A stretch of 32,000 nucleotides of DNA from Candidatus Lokiarchaeum ossiferum (GCA_025839675.1 CP104013.1:3000001-3032000); one strand, 5' to 3'. Counted from the first letter of the stretch, positions 16,209 through 25,561 are shown. Numbers and translations are program-made. The notes: generated by a model not told the origin, from the sequence alone.

Positions 16209-17054
16209 TTATTCTTTTTTCTCAATGACATAGACTAAAAATTCTTGAATCTTTTGAAAACCTACTTTTTCGGCGAGTTTGACAGATGCAGTGTTATTTT
16301 GGAAACAATACCAATGAGGAGTTAAGTTCTTTTTATATGACAGAGAGATCATTTGATTCGCAACATGTGTGGCTAAACCCTTTCTCCAGTATTCTTCCAC
16401 GGTATCAATGCCCAATTCTGCACAGGATCGGGCAATATTGCCAATGATCGCCCATGAAGCGAGTGAATTGGTATTTTCATCAATCACACAATATCCATAC
16501 CCTCCAGATAGAAATTTTTCGAGTGACCCCCAATCCGATTCAATCTCTTCTTGCAAATCGAGAATATATTTTAAGCCCGAGTTCTTAAAAAGCTTAGAAT
16601 CCATCGGATGCCCCACAAATGGTGCAGGCAGCGATTCCGAAGACTTCATTGGATCCGAGAGAGTATGAGGACGTTCATAAAAACAAGCCACTTCGGGCTT
16701 AATTGTCCATTTAGATGTAAAAAATGAAATTATAGATTTATTCCACTGCTCAGAAGAGGTATATATTACAAATACGGGTGATTTCGATCGTTTTTCTGCA
16801 TCTGGAATAATTTCGTCTTGGAACAGCTTTTGAATCATTTCGCACAATGGCTCAGAAAATTCTTTACTAACTAAATACACCCCATCTGCAAAGTCCCATA
16901 ACAATGCAATTGTTGGGAGTGTAGGATCATCTATCCATAACGCACCTTCTGAAGTACCGTCAAGTAAGGCTTCTACTGCAATAGTGAATTCTAAGGGTTT
17001 GAAGAATGTTAAGAGAGTTTTCTTATCAAACTCTGTAATTCTTTGTAAGGTCAT
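16209..17054 (-). CDS. GNAT-family acetyltransferase with an N-terminal extra domain
   Basis: C-terminal GNAT core: GYCVIDENTNSLASWAIIG...EEYWRKGLATHVANQMISLSYKKNLTPHWYCFQNNTASVKLAEKVGF. Confidence 0.6.
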   Translation of the reverse strand: MTLQRITEFDKKTLLTFFKPLEFTIAVEALLDGTSEGALWIDDPTLPTIALLWDFADGVYLVSKEFSEPLCEMIQKLFQDEIIPDAEKRSKSPVFVIYTSSEQWNKSIISFFTSKWTIKPEVACFYERPHTLSDPMKSSESLPAPFVGHPMDSKLFKNSGLKYILDLQEEIESDWGSLEKFLSGGYGYCVIDENTNSLASWAIIGNIARSCAELGIDTVEEYWRKGLATHVANQMISLSYKKNLTPHWYCFQNNTASVKLAEKVGFQKIQEFLVYVIEKKE

Positions 17055-17149
17055 TAGGGAAAAGTAAATTATTGCATTTGAAAAACTCTTGGAAAAAAAA
17101 GTTAGACATTTTCATAAGGGAAAAAACAAAAAATGAACTTATTCTAAAT

Positions 17150-18376
17150 TTACCAAACTTTAACGGTGCCTTCGGCGAGTTCTTTTCGGAGGGTCAAATA
17201 ATCGTCCAATTCTGCTTGTAAAATCTCTTTAGCTCGTTTTGACACCACATCAAAGTTTACATTAGCAGCCGGAATTAATTCGATGTCACCCATCCATGGT
17301 TGATTTATTGGGTGCCCAATTTGGCTGACAATTCGGATTTGGCATTCAACAACATCACCTTTCAATTCCTTGATAATGCTGCGAGCGGCCCGATTAGACA
17401 TGAGCGAATAGAGTTTTCCAATATGATTGTTACTATTTTTTCCTGCGGCGGCTTCAAGAGTTTGAACACGTCCAGGGGTAATTAAACCATTTGCACGATT
17501 TCCACGCCCTACTTGTCCATCATCTCCCGCTTCTGCGGAAGTTCCTGTGATGGTTAAGAACATTATATCTTTTTCAATAATATCTCCAGTATTCACGCTA
17601 ACCTTAACACTATGATCTTCCTTTAAGCCATCACACACTTTCAATGCAGCTTCTTGGACTTGAGCTACTGCGTTAATGTATTCAGATCTATCATTTACAT
17701 ATTTAGACACCATGGCATTACAAAGAGTTATTTCAATATCCTTGCCATTACGTAAGCCCATAACTTTGATATCTTCTCCAGAAGCTGGACAAAGATCTTT
17801 GAATTTACTGGAGTTCAAATAAGTTTCAACATCATAGACCATTTGATCAGTCGATGAGAATGGTGCAAACCCAACTCCAAAACTGGTATCATTGGCTAAG
17901 GGAATATGATCTTGCCCGTTTCGTTCTTGATTATATAAGCCAGTTAAATCAATTGATCCACTCTTAGTTCGAGCGTCAATAATAACATGCTTTTCTAAAT
18001 CAATGTTACGGAAAGTATATTTGAATACATCTTGAATCGCAGATCGACAAATGGTTCTGACGGGAATAGGAACTAATTTCCCCCCAACGATGGCTTGATC
18101 AATTGCCCTTCCAATTATTTCAAATTCTTGAGGTTGAAGAATTTTACCCCCACCAAACTCTGGAGCGGCTTGTCCAGCGACGTAAGCGGCTTTATCTACA
18201 TTATGATGGAAATAAGTATCAAAATTTTCAATATAATATTTTGTCAAAGCACGGGAACATGCTTCGGCACATTCATCAGCTACACTATCAGGATGCCCTT
18301 TTCCTTTTCGTTCTACCATTTCTGGAAAATCAGCTAGACCAACAGGGACACGGTTGGATTTTGTAATATGTATCAT
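17150..18376 (-). CDS. mat: Archaeal-type S-adenosylmethionine synthetase (methionine adenosyltransferase)
   Basis: At 408 aa the length fits. [48 protein letters not shown] and [11 protein letters not shown] are typical of the archaeal MAT family rather than bacterial MetK. Confidence 0.92.
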   Translation of the reverse strand: MIHITKSNRVPVGLADFPEMVERKGKGHPDSVADECAEACSRALTKYYIENFDTYFHHNVDKAAYVAGQAAPEFGGGKILQPQEFEIIGRAIDQAIVGGKLVPIPVRTICRSAIQDVFKYTFRNIDLEKHVIIDARTKSGSIDLTGLYNQERNGQDHIPLANDTSFGVGFAPFSSTDQMVYDVETYLNSSKFKDLCPASGEDIKVMGLRNGKDIEITLCNAMVSKYVNDRSEYINAVAQVQEAALKVCDGLKEDHSVKVSVNTGDIIEKDIMFLTITGTSAEAGDDGQVGRGNRANGLITPGRVQTLEAAAGKNSNNHIGKLYSLMSNRAARSIIKELKGDVVECQIRIVSQIGHPINQPWMGDIELIPAANVNFDVVSKRAKEILQAELDDYLTLRKELAEGTVKVW

Positions 18377-18974
18377 ATTTGCTGTCCTCGAATATTCCTA
18401 AACAGAATTTCTTAATATGATAAGGAAAGGATCTTTTATTAATTTTTTTTTCTAAAACTTACAAAGGGTAATTAATGTTAATTATTTCAAAAGTGGAATG
18501 CTACTTTTTCACGATCTATTCCATGATTTGTATTTTTTGTTAAAGAAATTTTGTTAACATCGTGAGAACTTAACTTTTTTTACTCCAAGAAATTTTGAAA
18601 AAAAATAAATCATCCTTTTTTTATAAACTAAGAATTGAGTATTTAAACAAAAATAAAAAAAAGAAGACTACTGAAAGAAATTTAAAGCGCATGAATTTTA
18701 CTTTGTCATTTAAGAAGCTTGTGAAGGTGGATTTTGAACTTCCAAGTAATAATAAACAATTTATATTTGAATATAAAACTTCACAAATTGATTCTGAATG
18801 ATATGAAATTGAGGGTTTTTGATCACTAATCACATCACGATATCATGCACATCCTAGCCAAATATCACTAACTGAAAGAAAATCTAATAAATCCACACTC
18901 TTTCTCCTTTTATATGAGTTTGATGACGATAAAGAATTAAGTCGAAATTATTCGATATATAGTAAGGTGAAAAC

Positions 18975-19250
18975 ATGGCTGAATCAAAATTGATGTGGAT
19001 GAAGCAAAATGAATCGCGCTATTTAAGCCCCCAAAAACCAGGAAAGTATAAACGTCCTTCTCGAGGGAACGCAAGATTGCGCCATTTGTCAGTTCCTCAG
19101 CAGAAAGAGAACTCTCCCCAAACTACCATGGATAGCTTCTTAGGAACAAAAAAATCTGAAATATTTGATGAAGAATTTTCCAAAGCCGATTTTCAATTAC
19201 TCACGGCTCGATGGAAAAAAAAATTTTTAGAAGAAGTGCCTGCAAATTAA
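18975..19250 (+). CDS. Small basic protein (91 aa) with an internal PIP-box-like motif
   Basis: An ATG preceded by GGTGA about 6 nt upstream. It is the only sizeable non-low-complexity ORF in a 900-bp spacer. The N-terminal half is basic (KPGKYKRPSRGNARLRH), followed by QTTMDSFLGTKK. Confidence 0.4.
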   Translation: MAESKLMWMKQNESRYLSPQKPGKYKRPSRGNARLRHLSVPQQKENSPQTTMDSFLGTKKSEIFDEEFSKADFQLLTARWKKKFLEEVPAN

Positions 19251-19276
19251 TTTTTTCTTGCTTCTTGCGTTTTCCT

Positions 19277-19738
19277 TTAGATATCATATACTATTTTAAT
19301 TTCTGTTTTTTGTTCTGCTTCTTTGATTTCAAGATAAGAATAGGTAATTGCCTTAACCTCAGTATCGGGAATATATTTCTGAGAATCAAAAATATCACCA
19401 TAACCTGTTCCTTTTAGCATAAAATGACCATTCTCTAAAGGAACGATTGCTTCAAGAGCCACTCGATGAAAAATTAAACCTTCCGTATCAAACAAAAATA
19501 GAAATTCTGTAAGAAACGCAATTAACAGCGAACCTTTTGTTTCTTCAATAATTTCAAACTGATAGGTTTCATTTTCTTCGATAGAGTGATAATTTTCAAT
19601 CATTGTCTCCATCAACCCATACACACATTGTTCAAAGGCTTGTTCCAAAGCGGGACCCCATGCATGCACCCATACATCTGCCGTATGATCCAAGTATTCA
19701 AACCCCGCTGTGGAGGAAGAAACATCTGATCGACTCAT
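19277..19738 (-). CDS. Archease
   Basis: FEYLDHTADVWVHAWG..LEQAFEQ at the N-terminus and VKAITYSYLEI near the C-terminus; about 150 aa. Confidence 0.9.
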   Translation of the reverse strand: MSRSDVSSSTAGFEYLDHTADVWVHAWGPALEQAFEQCVYGLMETMIENYHSIEENETYQFEIIEETKGSLLIAFLTEFLFLFDTEGLIFHRVALEAIVPLENGHFMLKGTGYGDIFDSQKYIPDTEVKAITYSYLEIKEAEQKTEIKIVYDI

Positions 19739-19799
19739 ATGTTCTTGAATTGAAGAAAAGTGATAAATTTTTTCTTTTCTTAGGGTTTTTCATAGACAA

Positions 19800-20606
19800 G
19801 TGATTATTTTGAAAAATCGAATAATATTTACTTTAAATCCCTCTCAATCACGTCGATTAATTGCTAAGGGAATCGTCGCCCTTCCAGAAATACAGCATGC
19901 ATTGGAAGATGGAAAAATCTTTGTATCTCGAGGATCAACGAATGCTTATGTCCTAGAAGAACTCTATGCCTTGAAAAATATTCAAGAAAATTTTAATAAA
20001 GGAGATTACAATGCGGGGCAAATTGTTCCTCGAGAAAATACGATGAGTCTCTGGGTTAATAAGGGAGAGCGCAAACAAGAAGTTATGTTTTCCAAAGGGG
20101 AAAAAATTGATGTAGAAGATCATGTAAAAACCATCGAAAAATTCAACCAAAATGACATCTTTATTAAAGGGGCTAATGCACTTGATATAAAGGGCGTCCC
20201 TGCAGTTTTAGCAGCAGGAAGGGGCGGAGGTACAATTGGAAGAGCACAGGGTACCCTTCAAGCCAAAGGAATAGAGGTTATTTGCCCCATTGGACTCGAG
20301 AAAATGATTTTGGGGAATGTTTTAGAACTTCAGCAATTGATGGGAGTCAACAATCTAGATAAACCAGCCCAAGGTTTGCCTTGTGGACTAATTCCTATGC
20401 CTTTCGCATCCACGTTCACCGAAATTGATGCTTTTGAAACCCTTTTTGAATGTGAAGCCTATCATGTAGCTTCAGGAGGGGTAGGTGGTGCGGAAGGAAG
20501 TGTGAGTATTTTGGTGGATGTCTTTGATGATGCTGAAATGAAAGCGGTTAATCAATTGATGGACAAAATTATGCAGGAACCGGTCTACAAGCCGAATTTG
20601 GATTAA
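19800..20606 (+). CDS. Conserved-looking hypothetical protein (Gly-rich motifs GRGGGTIGRAQG and ASGGVGGAEGS)
   Basis: GTG start and a globular, non-repetitive sequence. Divergent from archease across a 61-bp spacer. I do not recognise the family. Confidence 0.5.
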   Translation: MIILKNRIIFTLNPSQSRRLIAKGIVALPEIQHALEDGKIFVSRGSTNAYVLEELYALKNIQENFNKGDYNAGQIVPRENTMSLWVNKGERKQEVMFSKGEKIDVEDHVKTIEKFNQNDIFIKGANALDIKGVPAVLAAGRGGGTIGRAQGTLQAKGIEVICPIGLEKMILGNVLELQQLMGVNNLDKPAQGLPCGLIPMPFASTFTEIDAFETLFECEAYHVASGGVGGAEGSVSILVDVFDDAEMKAVNQLMDKIMQEPVYKPNLD

Positions 20607-20641
20607 AGAGCAAAAAAAGATTTAACAAATTTGCTATGTTT

Positions 20642-21262
20642 TTATTCGAAATCTTCAATGGAATCCTTTAAAGCAGCCCACATTGCATTAACTTCGGCTC
20701 GCTCTTCAACCAATTGTTCCCATTTCTTTTCCATTTCTTTTTTACTGCGTTCAAATTCTCTTTCAGTATCTTTTAAAGCATCTTCAGTTTTAGAAAGGGA
20801 GTCAGCGGCTACCATTTTATTTTTTTCTTTTTCAATTCGTAAGCCGATTTCTACAATTCTTTTTCTAATTTTCGCGTTATTCACAACAAGTTTGTTGTAT
20901 TCTTCCATTCGTTTAACCATACCTTTCTTTTGAAGGGCCAAATCCTTGGTACGATCGTAATATCCTTCTAAAGCTTTAATCTGATCAGTTACTTCTGCCA
21001 CGCGCTGTTTATAGGCTTTAACATCGGCATCATCAACGCCAGAATTTTCTTCACGGGCTAAAACTTCCATCTGCTTCGATTTATCCTTCATCTTTCGAAC
21101 ATAATTACTAAGATCTTTTGTATAACTTTGATAAAGTTCTCCCATCTTTTTTTCCGCAGATGCAATAGTTTCGATTTTCTTGGCGATTTTTCCAAAATCC
21201 GATGCTACTTCAACATCGATTTTTGCAAGTTCGATTAAGTCTTGGTGTGTTATAATTGGCAT
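20642..21262 (-). CDS. Uncharacterised all-helical coiled-coil protein (206 aa)
   Basis: Heptad-rich K/E sequence throughout. It is the last gene on the superoperon strand, 86 nt after Pcc1. Confidence 0.55.
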   Translation of the reverse strand: MPIITHQDLIELAKIDVEVASDFGKIAKKIETIASAEKKMGELYQSYTKDLSNYVRKMKDKSKQMEVLAREENSGVDDADVKAYKQRVAEVTDQIKALEGYYDRTKDLALQKKGMVKRMEEYNKLVVNNAKIRKRIVEIGLRIEKEKNKMVAADSLSKTEDALKDTEREFERSKKEMEKKWEQLVEERAEVNAMWAALKDSIEDFE

Positions 21263-21348
21263 TTTTCTTTCTACCTTCTTAAAATAAAATTTCTTATAAT
21301 ACTATATTTGGATACGAGATAAATAAACTTAGTGGGCGAATTCCAATT

Positions 21349-21609
21349 CTATAATTCAGAGGTTAAATGAATAGTTTTTTCCACAATATGAGCAAATTGA
21401 ATTAAAGAATTGATAGTGGCACGAAAAGCAGTAGCATCTTCAGCATGAATATGAAATTGAATAACAGAGGATTCAGATTTGGGAGGATTTACTTGCCAAT
21501 GAGATCGTTTTAATGGCATATCATTGAACTCTGGTAAAAATGAAGCATAAAAAATCTGAGCGTCTTCGGGGGAATCAAATTGAAAAGAGATTTGCGTAGA
21601 TATCTTCAC
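21349..21609 (-). CDS. pcc1: KEOPS complex subunit Pcc1
   Basis: 86 aa with a GTG start. The pattern ...F.S.EDA.I.Y.S..PE.............I.AEDATAFRATINSLIQF..IVEKTI matches the Pcc1/CTAG fold. Location next to eL43 is typical. Confidence 0.65.
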   Translation of the reverse strand: MKISTQISFQFDSPEDAQIFYASFLPEFNDMPLKRSHWQVNPPKSESSVIQFHIHAEDATAFRATINSLIQFAHIVEKTIHLTSEL

Positions 21610-21717
21610 GATTACTCACTGTCTCAGATTTTGGTTAAATTAAGAATAGATTAAAAAGATGGAGATTGAAAAAATAAAGCAGAATGAAAATTAATGAAAT
21701 TAATTAAGTACTAACAT

Positions 21718-22008
21718 TTATTTTTTTTCAACTTCAGCAGCTTCCCGACTTAATCGAGAGGCAATACGAATCGCTTCTTTTCCACGTGGGGTAGCACTTT
21801 CCCAAGCTCCACCGGTCCAAGTAGCATCACATTTTTTACAGTGCCAGACACCAACAGATTCTCGCATATTTCGAACTTTTGTTTCACAACGTGGGCATTT
21901 TACTATACCTTTCTGTTTCTCTGCAATAACATTCCATTGCTTACGGGTTTTGGCACCATATCGAGTTCCAAACTTTCCGGAAATGCCAACTTTTTTTGTT
22001 TTAGCCAT
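21718..22008 (-). CDS. rpl37ae: Ribosomal protein eL43 (L37Ae)
   Basis: KKVGISGKFGTRYGAKTRKQ, followed by the CPRC...CKKC zinc ribbon and TGGAW. Confidence 0.92.
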   Translation of the reverse strand: MAKTKKVGISGKFGTRYGAKTRKQWNVIAEKQKGIVKCPRCETKVRNMRESVGVWHCKKCDATWTGGAWESATPRGKEAIRIASRLSREAAEVEKK

Positions 22009-22121
22009 CTAAATCATTTTTCCCCATGCTTAGCATGATCTATAAATCGAATATAAATTGAATAAAGAAGCAAATAAAAAAAGTTTTACTAATTTCCACC
22101 GAATTAATCAAGTTAAGGGTG

Positions 22122-22148
22122 AAAAAAAGGGAAGATTTTGAAGTCTTC
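22122..22148 (-). terminator. Hairpin plus T7 tract immediately after the Rrp42 stop
   Basis: Coding strand reads TAA-GAAGA-CTTCAAAA-TCTTC-CC-TTTTTTT (plus-strand GAAGA 22131-22135 / TCTTC 22144-22148, A7 at 22122-22128). Confidence 0.4.
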
Positions 22149-22985
22149 TTATTTAGCTTTTGGAACGTATTGTCGTAAATTCAATTTTTGTCGTAAACTA
22201 TCGCCAATTTCAATTGCTTTCTTAGAGAGAGTTATAATTTCTTCAACGGTCCACACGGCGGAACCGTATTTCTGAATAGAAGTGACTTGTTTCTTTTCAT
22301 CGACTGCAAAGGCAATGCTTCCATCTAGACAAAGTTCTTCCGCAATGATGGGATCTACAAAAGTGACACCATCAATTTTTCCAAAAGTAATGCTTAAAGG
22401 AATTTCTTTGATTGGAAGAGGAGCATACGTGCCGTCCCATTCGGGATCTCCAGACTCACCTACTTTTGCACCAGGTAAATTTGTACTTAACAAGGCAGCA
22501 ATAGCGGCAATAGCGGAAGCATCGGTTAAATTTCCAAAGTAATCCATCATATAACAATCCACAAATAGAATGTAAACATGCTCGTAAGGAACGATGCACA
22601 AAGCTTCATAATCGATACAATCCGTATGTCGAATTCCACGATCAACCACACGTGCTAACTGAATAGAATCTTCTCCAGGTCGTCCAGGTTCAAACATGGA
22701 ACTCGCAATTGGAACAAATTCACTCATCACAGTACACACTCCTTTATCAGGATTATCTCCAAAAGGTCGACCAATATCATACTTTACACCGCACATGACT
22801 CGGGTTTCGCCAAGAAATACATCAGCGGAGCCTTCAGCTTTAGGGACAAAATTAGTTGTAATTTTAACTTCACGGAACTCAAACAACTCTCGCCCATCAA
22901 TACGTTTTCCTTGTCGGAGTAATTTGGAAATATATTTTTTTTCTAAGGAACTAACTACTCTATGAACATCCATCTTAATTGTCAT
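22149..22985 (-). CDS. rrp42: Exosome complex subunit Rrp42 (RNase PH-like, non-catalytic)
   Basis: RIDGRELFEFREVKI, GSADVFLGETRVMCGVK and two RNase-PH-type domains. The start is either ATG 22985 (11-nt overlap with Rrp41) or ATG 22973. The track's 23093 start lies inside the Rrp41 tail and is unlikely. Confidence 0.88.
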   Translation of the reverse strand: MTIKMDVHRVVSSLEKKYISKLLRQGKRIDGRELFEFREVKITTNFVPKAEGSADVFLGETRVMCGVKYDIGRPFGDNPDKGVCTVMSEFVPIASSMFEPGRPGEDSIQLARVVDRGIRHTDCIDYEALCIVPYEHVYILFVDCYMMDYFGNLTDASAIAAIAALLSTNLPGAKVGESGDPEWDGTYAPLPIKEIPLSITFGKIDGVTFVDPIIAEELCLDGSIAFAVDEKKQVTSIQKYGSAVWTVEEIITLSKKAIEIGDSLRQKLNLRQYVPKAK

Positions 22986-23943
22986 CTCCCTGTTTTGGGG
23001 CTTCAGGAGCCGGAGTTTCAGGAGCAGATGCTTCGGAAACAGGTGTTTCTGGAACTTTTTCAGATGATTCTCCTTGTTTCTCGGCAGGAACATCTACAGG
23101 TGCTTTAGGTGTAGCAGGAACTGCTTCAGAAGATGCTTCTTTAGTTTCTGGTACAGCAGAAGTATGTTTTGCAACTTCTACATTCTCGATCTTGACTTCA
23201 TCAGAGATTTGCATATATTTACTCTTTAAAGCTTCTAATTGTTTTTGATAAATATCTTCGGCACCTTTCAGAATGTATTTGAACCCTAATTCCATCTCTT
23301 CTGCGGTCATCTCTCCATCAAATTGTAATAAGGAAATCGTTTTATCTTTCATTACTACCACAGCAGGAACATCAGCTTGGCCAACTTTATCTTCTTTATC
23401 TCCAAGATCTAAAATAACTTTATCTTGGGCTTTTCCAGCAGCTACTCCTACCACGAGCGATTTCATCGGAATCCCTGCATCTGCGAGTGCGAGTGAAGCA
23501 GCTGTTGTTGATGCACATCGAGTGCCCCCGTCTGCAGCTACCACTTCAATATAAATTTCAATTTGGGAATCAGGATAAGCTTCTAAGAAGAGCACAGGCT
23601 CTAGGGCTTCACGAATTACTTTTGAAATTTCATTTTCCCGGCGATTTGGAGCCGGACTTTTGCGTTCATGCACAGAGAAAGTACACATTCGATAATAAAC
23701 TCGTAGGATTCCTCTGTCTGGTTTCGCCATATGGCGTGGATGAACTTCTCGGGGCCCATAGACCGCGGCGTAAATTTGATTTCCACCATGGCGAACTAAT
23801 GCTGAGCCTTGGGCGTTCTTAATAACGCCGACTTCACAACTAAACGAACGAATCTCATCAAGAGCTCGTCCATCTAACCTCGACCCATCTTCTTTGAAAC
23901 AAACTGGATCATGTGGTTCTTCAGTACCTTTTAAAATTGGCAT
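22975..23943 (-). CDS. rrp41: Exosome catalytic subunit Rrp41 (RNase PH) with a long low-complexity C-terminal tail
   Basis: RLDGRALDEIR, GSALVRHGGNQIYAAVYGPRE and ADGGTRCASTTAASLALADAGIP. ATG at 23943 lies 1 nt after the Rrp4 stop. The last ~65-79 aa are P/E/A/T/S-rich. Confidence 0.9.
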   Translation of the reverse strand: MPILKGTEEPHDPVCFKEDGSRLDGRALDEIRSFSCEVGVIKNAQGSALVRHGGNQIYAAVYGPREVHPRHMAKPDRGILRVYYRMCTFSVHERKSPAPNRRENEISKVIREALEPVLFLEAYPDSQIEIYIEVVAADGGTRCASTTAASLALADAGIPMKSLVVGVAAGKAQDKVILDLGDKEDKVGQADVPAVVVMKDKTISLLQFDGEMTAEEMELGFKYILKGAEDIYQKQLEALKSKYMQISDEVKIENVEVAKHTSAVPETKEASSEAVPATPKAPVDVPAEKQGESSEKVPETPVSEASAPETPAPEAPKQGDDN

Positions 23944-23944
23944 T

Positions 23945-24715
23945 TTATTCAATACCTCGTTTTTTCTTTTCTTCAGTAATATAATATTTTATTCGATCGG
24001 TTAATCCCGATGTGTGAGCTTCCCGTTCGATTTTATGAATCGCATCAATTAATAAACGTTCATGTTCAAAAGTCTTACCTTTAATCCAAATCCTTCCATT
24101 TTGGGCGACGAATACTTTACTATGTAATAAACTTTTTAGTAAAGCAATCATACTACCTTTCTTTCCGATCACTCGGGGGATTTTGGTTGCAGGAATGCTA
24201 ATTACCATCCCTGATTCGATAATTCCCAAATCTTGGCCGAGAGCGGTTAGATCTGGTTCAGAAATGCGAGAGCCTGAGAGGACTTTACAAATTATTTGAT
24301 CACCCATCTTCAATTTCTGCATATCTCCTTCTTCCTTTACCCTGTAAGTTCCAGCTTGTCTGCCGCCGTAACCTCGCCCACGATTGCTCCGTTTAAAAGC
24401 ATCCATAGGCTTTAAAATTCCAAGATATTTTGAGTTAATATCCATCAAGAATTTTACAGGTGTTTTTCCTATTACACGAGCGATAACTTTATCGCCCATT
24501 TGTGGATTATACAATCCATTTAAGGGCACCACATTCATATATTTACCTCGGGTTTCCTTAAATCCGACAAATAGTGAAATAATTTCACCGGCTTCAGTGC
24601 GTATTGCTCCCCGTCCAGGTATTAAACTCGGATCAGTTGACAAAGTCATTCCGGGGGTTACAATCTCACGAGAGGTAGTCGGAGTTGTGTTTTCTGGTGT
24701 TTCCATAATATTCAC
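23945..24715 (-). CDS. rrp4: Exosome RNA-binding cap subunit Rrp4 (N-terminal domain + S1 + KH)
   Basis: IVTPGMTL..PGRG, S1-like GDKVIARVIG...GDQIICKV, and KH IPRVIGKKGSMIALLK. The start is GTG 24715 or ATG 24706. Confidence 0.88.
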   Translation of the reverse strand: MNIMETPENTTPTTSREIVTPGMTLSTDPSLIPGRGAIRTEAGEIISLFVGFKETRGKYMNVVPLNGLYNPQMGDKVIARVIGKTPVKFLMDINSKYLGILKPMDAFKRSNRGRGYGGRQAGTYRVKEEGDMQKLKMGDQIICKVLSGSRISEPDLTALGQDLGIIESGMVISIPATKIPRVIGKKGSMIALLKSLLHSKVFVAQNGRIWIKGKTFEHERLLIDAIHKIEREAHTSGLTDRIKYYITEEKKKRGIE

Positions 24716-24766
24716 TTTTTTTGTTTTGCTATTAATAATTAATTTTAGTTCTTAGCGGTTTGAGGA

Positions 24767-25561
24767 CTAGTTCTGAAGCAATTTGCTTTGCATTCGTCCA
24801 TGGGTTAATTTGTTCAATTTCTCAAGCATTTCCATCTGGAGTCCTGCAGGAAGAGAGACCATCCCAACCCACGACCCATCAGTTTGCCATTCAGATTTTT
24901 TCACTTGGGCATATTTTTCAACGGTATTATACGCTTTAGCTGCATATATTGCCGGAATTTTAACCGCCATTTCAACCGATTCCATGCGAATAGGAATAAT
25001 TAATTGAATTTTCTTTAAGATTGTTTCAATTTGCTCTTCCGCAGTTTTGTCTAAATCAATGGACACACGTGCTTCTTCCATAGCTTTTTCAATACGTTTG
25101 GGAGGATGTGGTTTTTTGCTTTGTGGATTCACACAATTCCGAGCAAGGATAGTTATAATTTGTTTTTTCTTTTTCTCTACCCATTTCTGACGTTGTGCTT
25201 GGGTCCACAAAAATTCCCCATCCAAAACAAATTCCGCTGCGACTTCGCGTTCATTCGTTGTCTCAAATGCTTCTTGCAAATCTTCTGAAGTACATCGATC
25301 GGCTTTTTTTACATTTGTGAAGATATCATAAGTGGGAAAAATATTTGTTAGATCCAGATCAGGGTGATGTAAAAGATCCTCCCGAGTGAGAGCCTGATCT
25401 TGATTTTCTTTTTTGCGGTATTCGGCTAAAATCTTTTTGGCTTTCCACGCTTCTTCTGGATCGCTCACCATTTCAAAATTAGTTTTGCCTTTCCGTAATT
25501 TTACAATAATATATTTCCCTAGATCAAAATTCCCCTTTGGACTACCACGGTTTTGACTCAA
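24767..25561 (-). CDS. SBDS (Shwachman-Bodian-Diamond / Sdo1) family ribosome-maturation protein
   Basis: IVKLRKGKTNFEMVSDPEEAWKAKK, QRQKWVEKKKKQIITILARNCVNPQSKKPHPPKRIEKAMEEARVSID, and the C-terminal ferredoxin-like part. TTG start; there is no ATG nearby. Confidence 0.88.
   Translation of the reverse strand: MSQNRGSPKGNFDLGKYIIVKLRKGKTNFEMVSDPEEAWKAKKILAEYRKKENQDQALTREDLLHHPDLDLTNIFPTYDIFTNVKKADRCTSEDLQEAFETTNEREVAAEFVLDGEFLWTQAQRQKWVEKKKKQIITILARNCVNPQSKKPHPPKRIEKAMEEARVSIDLDKTAEEQIETILKKIQLIIPIRMESVEMAVKIPAIYAAKAYNTVEKYAQVKKSEWQTDGSWVGMVSLPAGLQMEMLEKLNKLTHGRMQSKLLQN

Noticed and set aside
18595-18833. ORFs 18595..18801 (+) and 18621..18833 (-) in the MAT upstream spacer
   Set aside because: They are mutually antisense. 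Their poly-K / poly-F low-complexity translations come from A/T homopolymer-rich DNA, so they are almost certainly non-coding.
18915-18985. Possible C/D-box sRNA (TGATGA at about 18923, CTGA at about 18980); also GTGATCG/AGATGA-like boxes near 26620-26650
   Set aside because: The first box has U instead of R at position 1. No D' or C' boxes occur at the required 12-nt guide spacing, and the CTGA lies inside the ORF start. The second locus has no D box on either strand.
22025-22037. Palindrome CATGCT-T-AGCATG in the eL43 5' leader, and TGAGCA-A-TGCTCA at 10545-10557 upstream of the nitroreductase gene
   Set aside because: Short 6-bp-arm palindromes are expected by chance at this window size, and I could not see supporting repeats. 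They are noted only as possible operator or leader hairpins.
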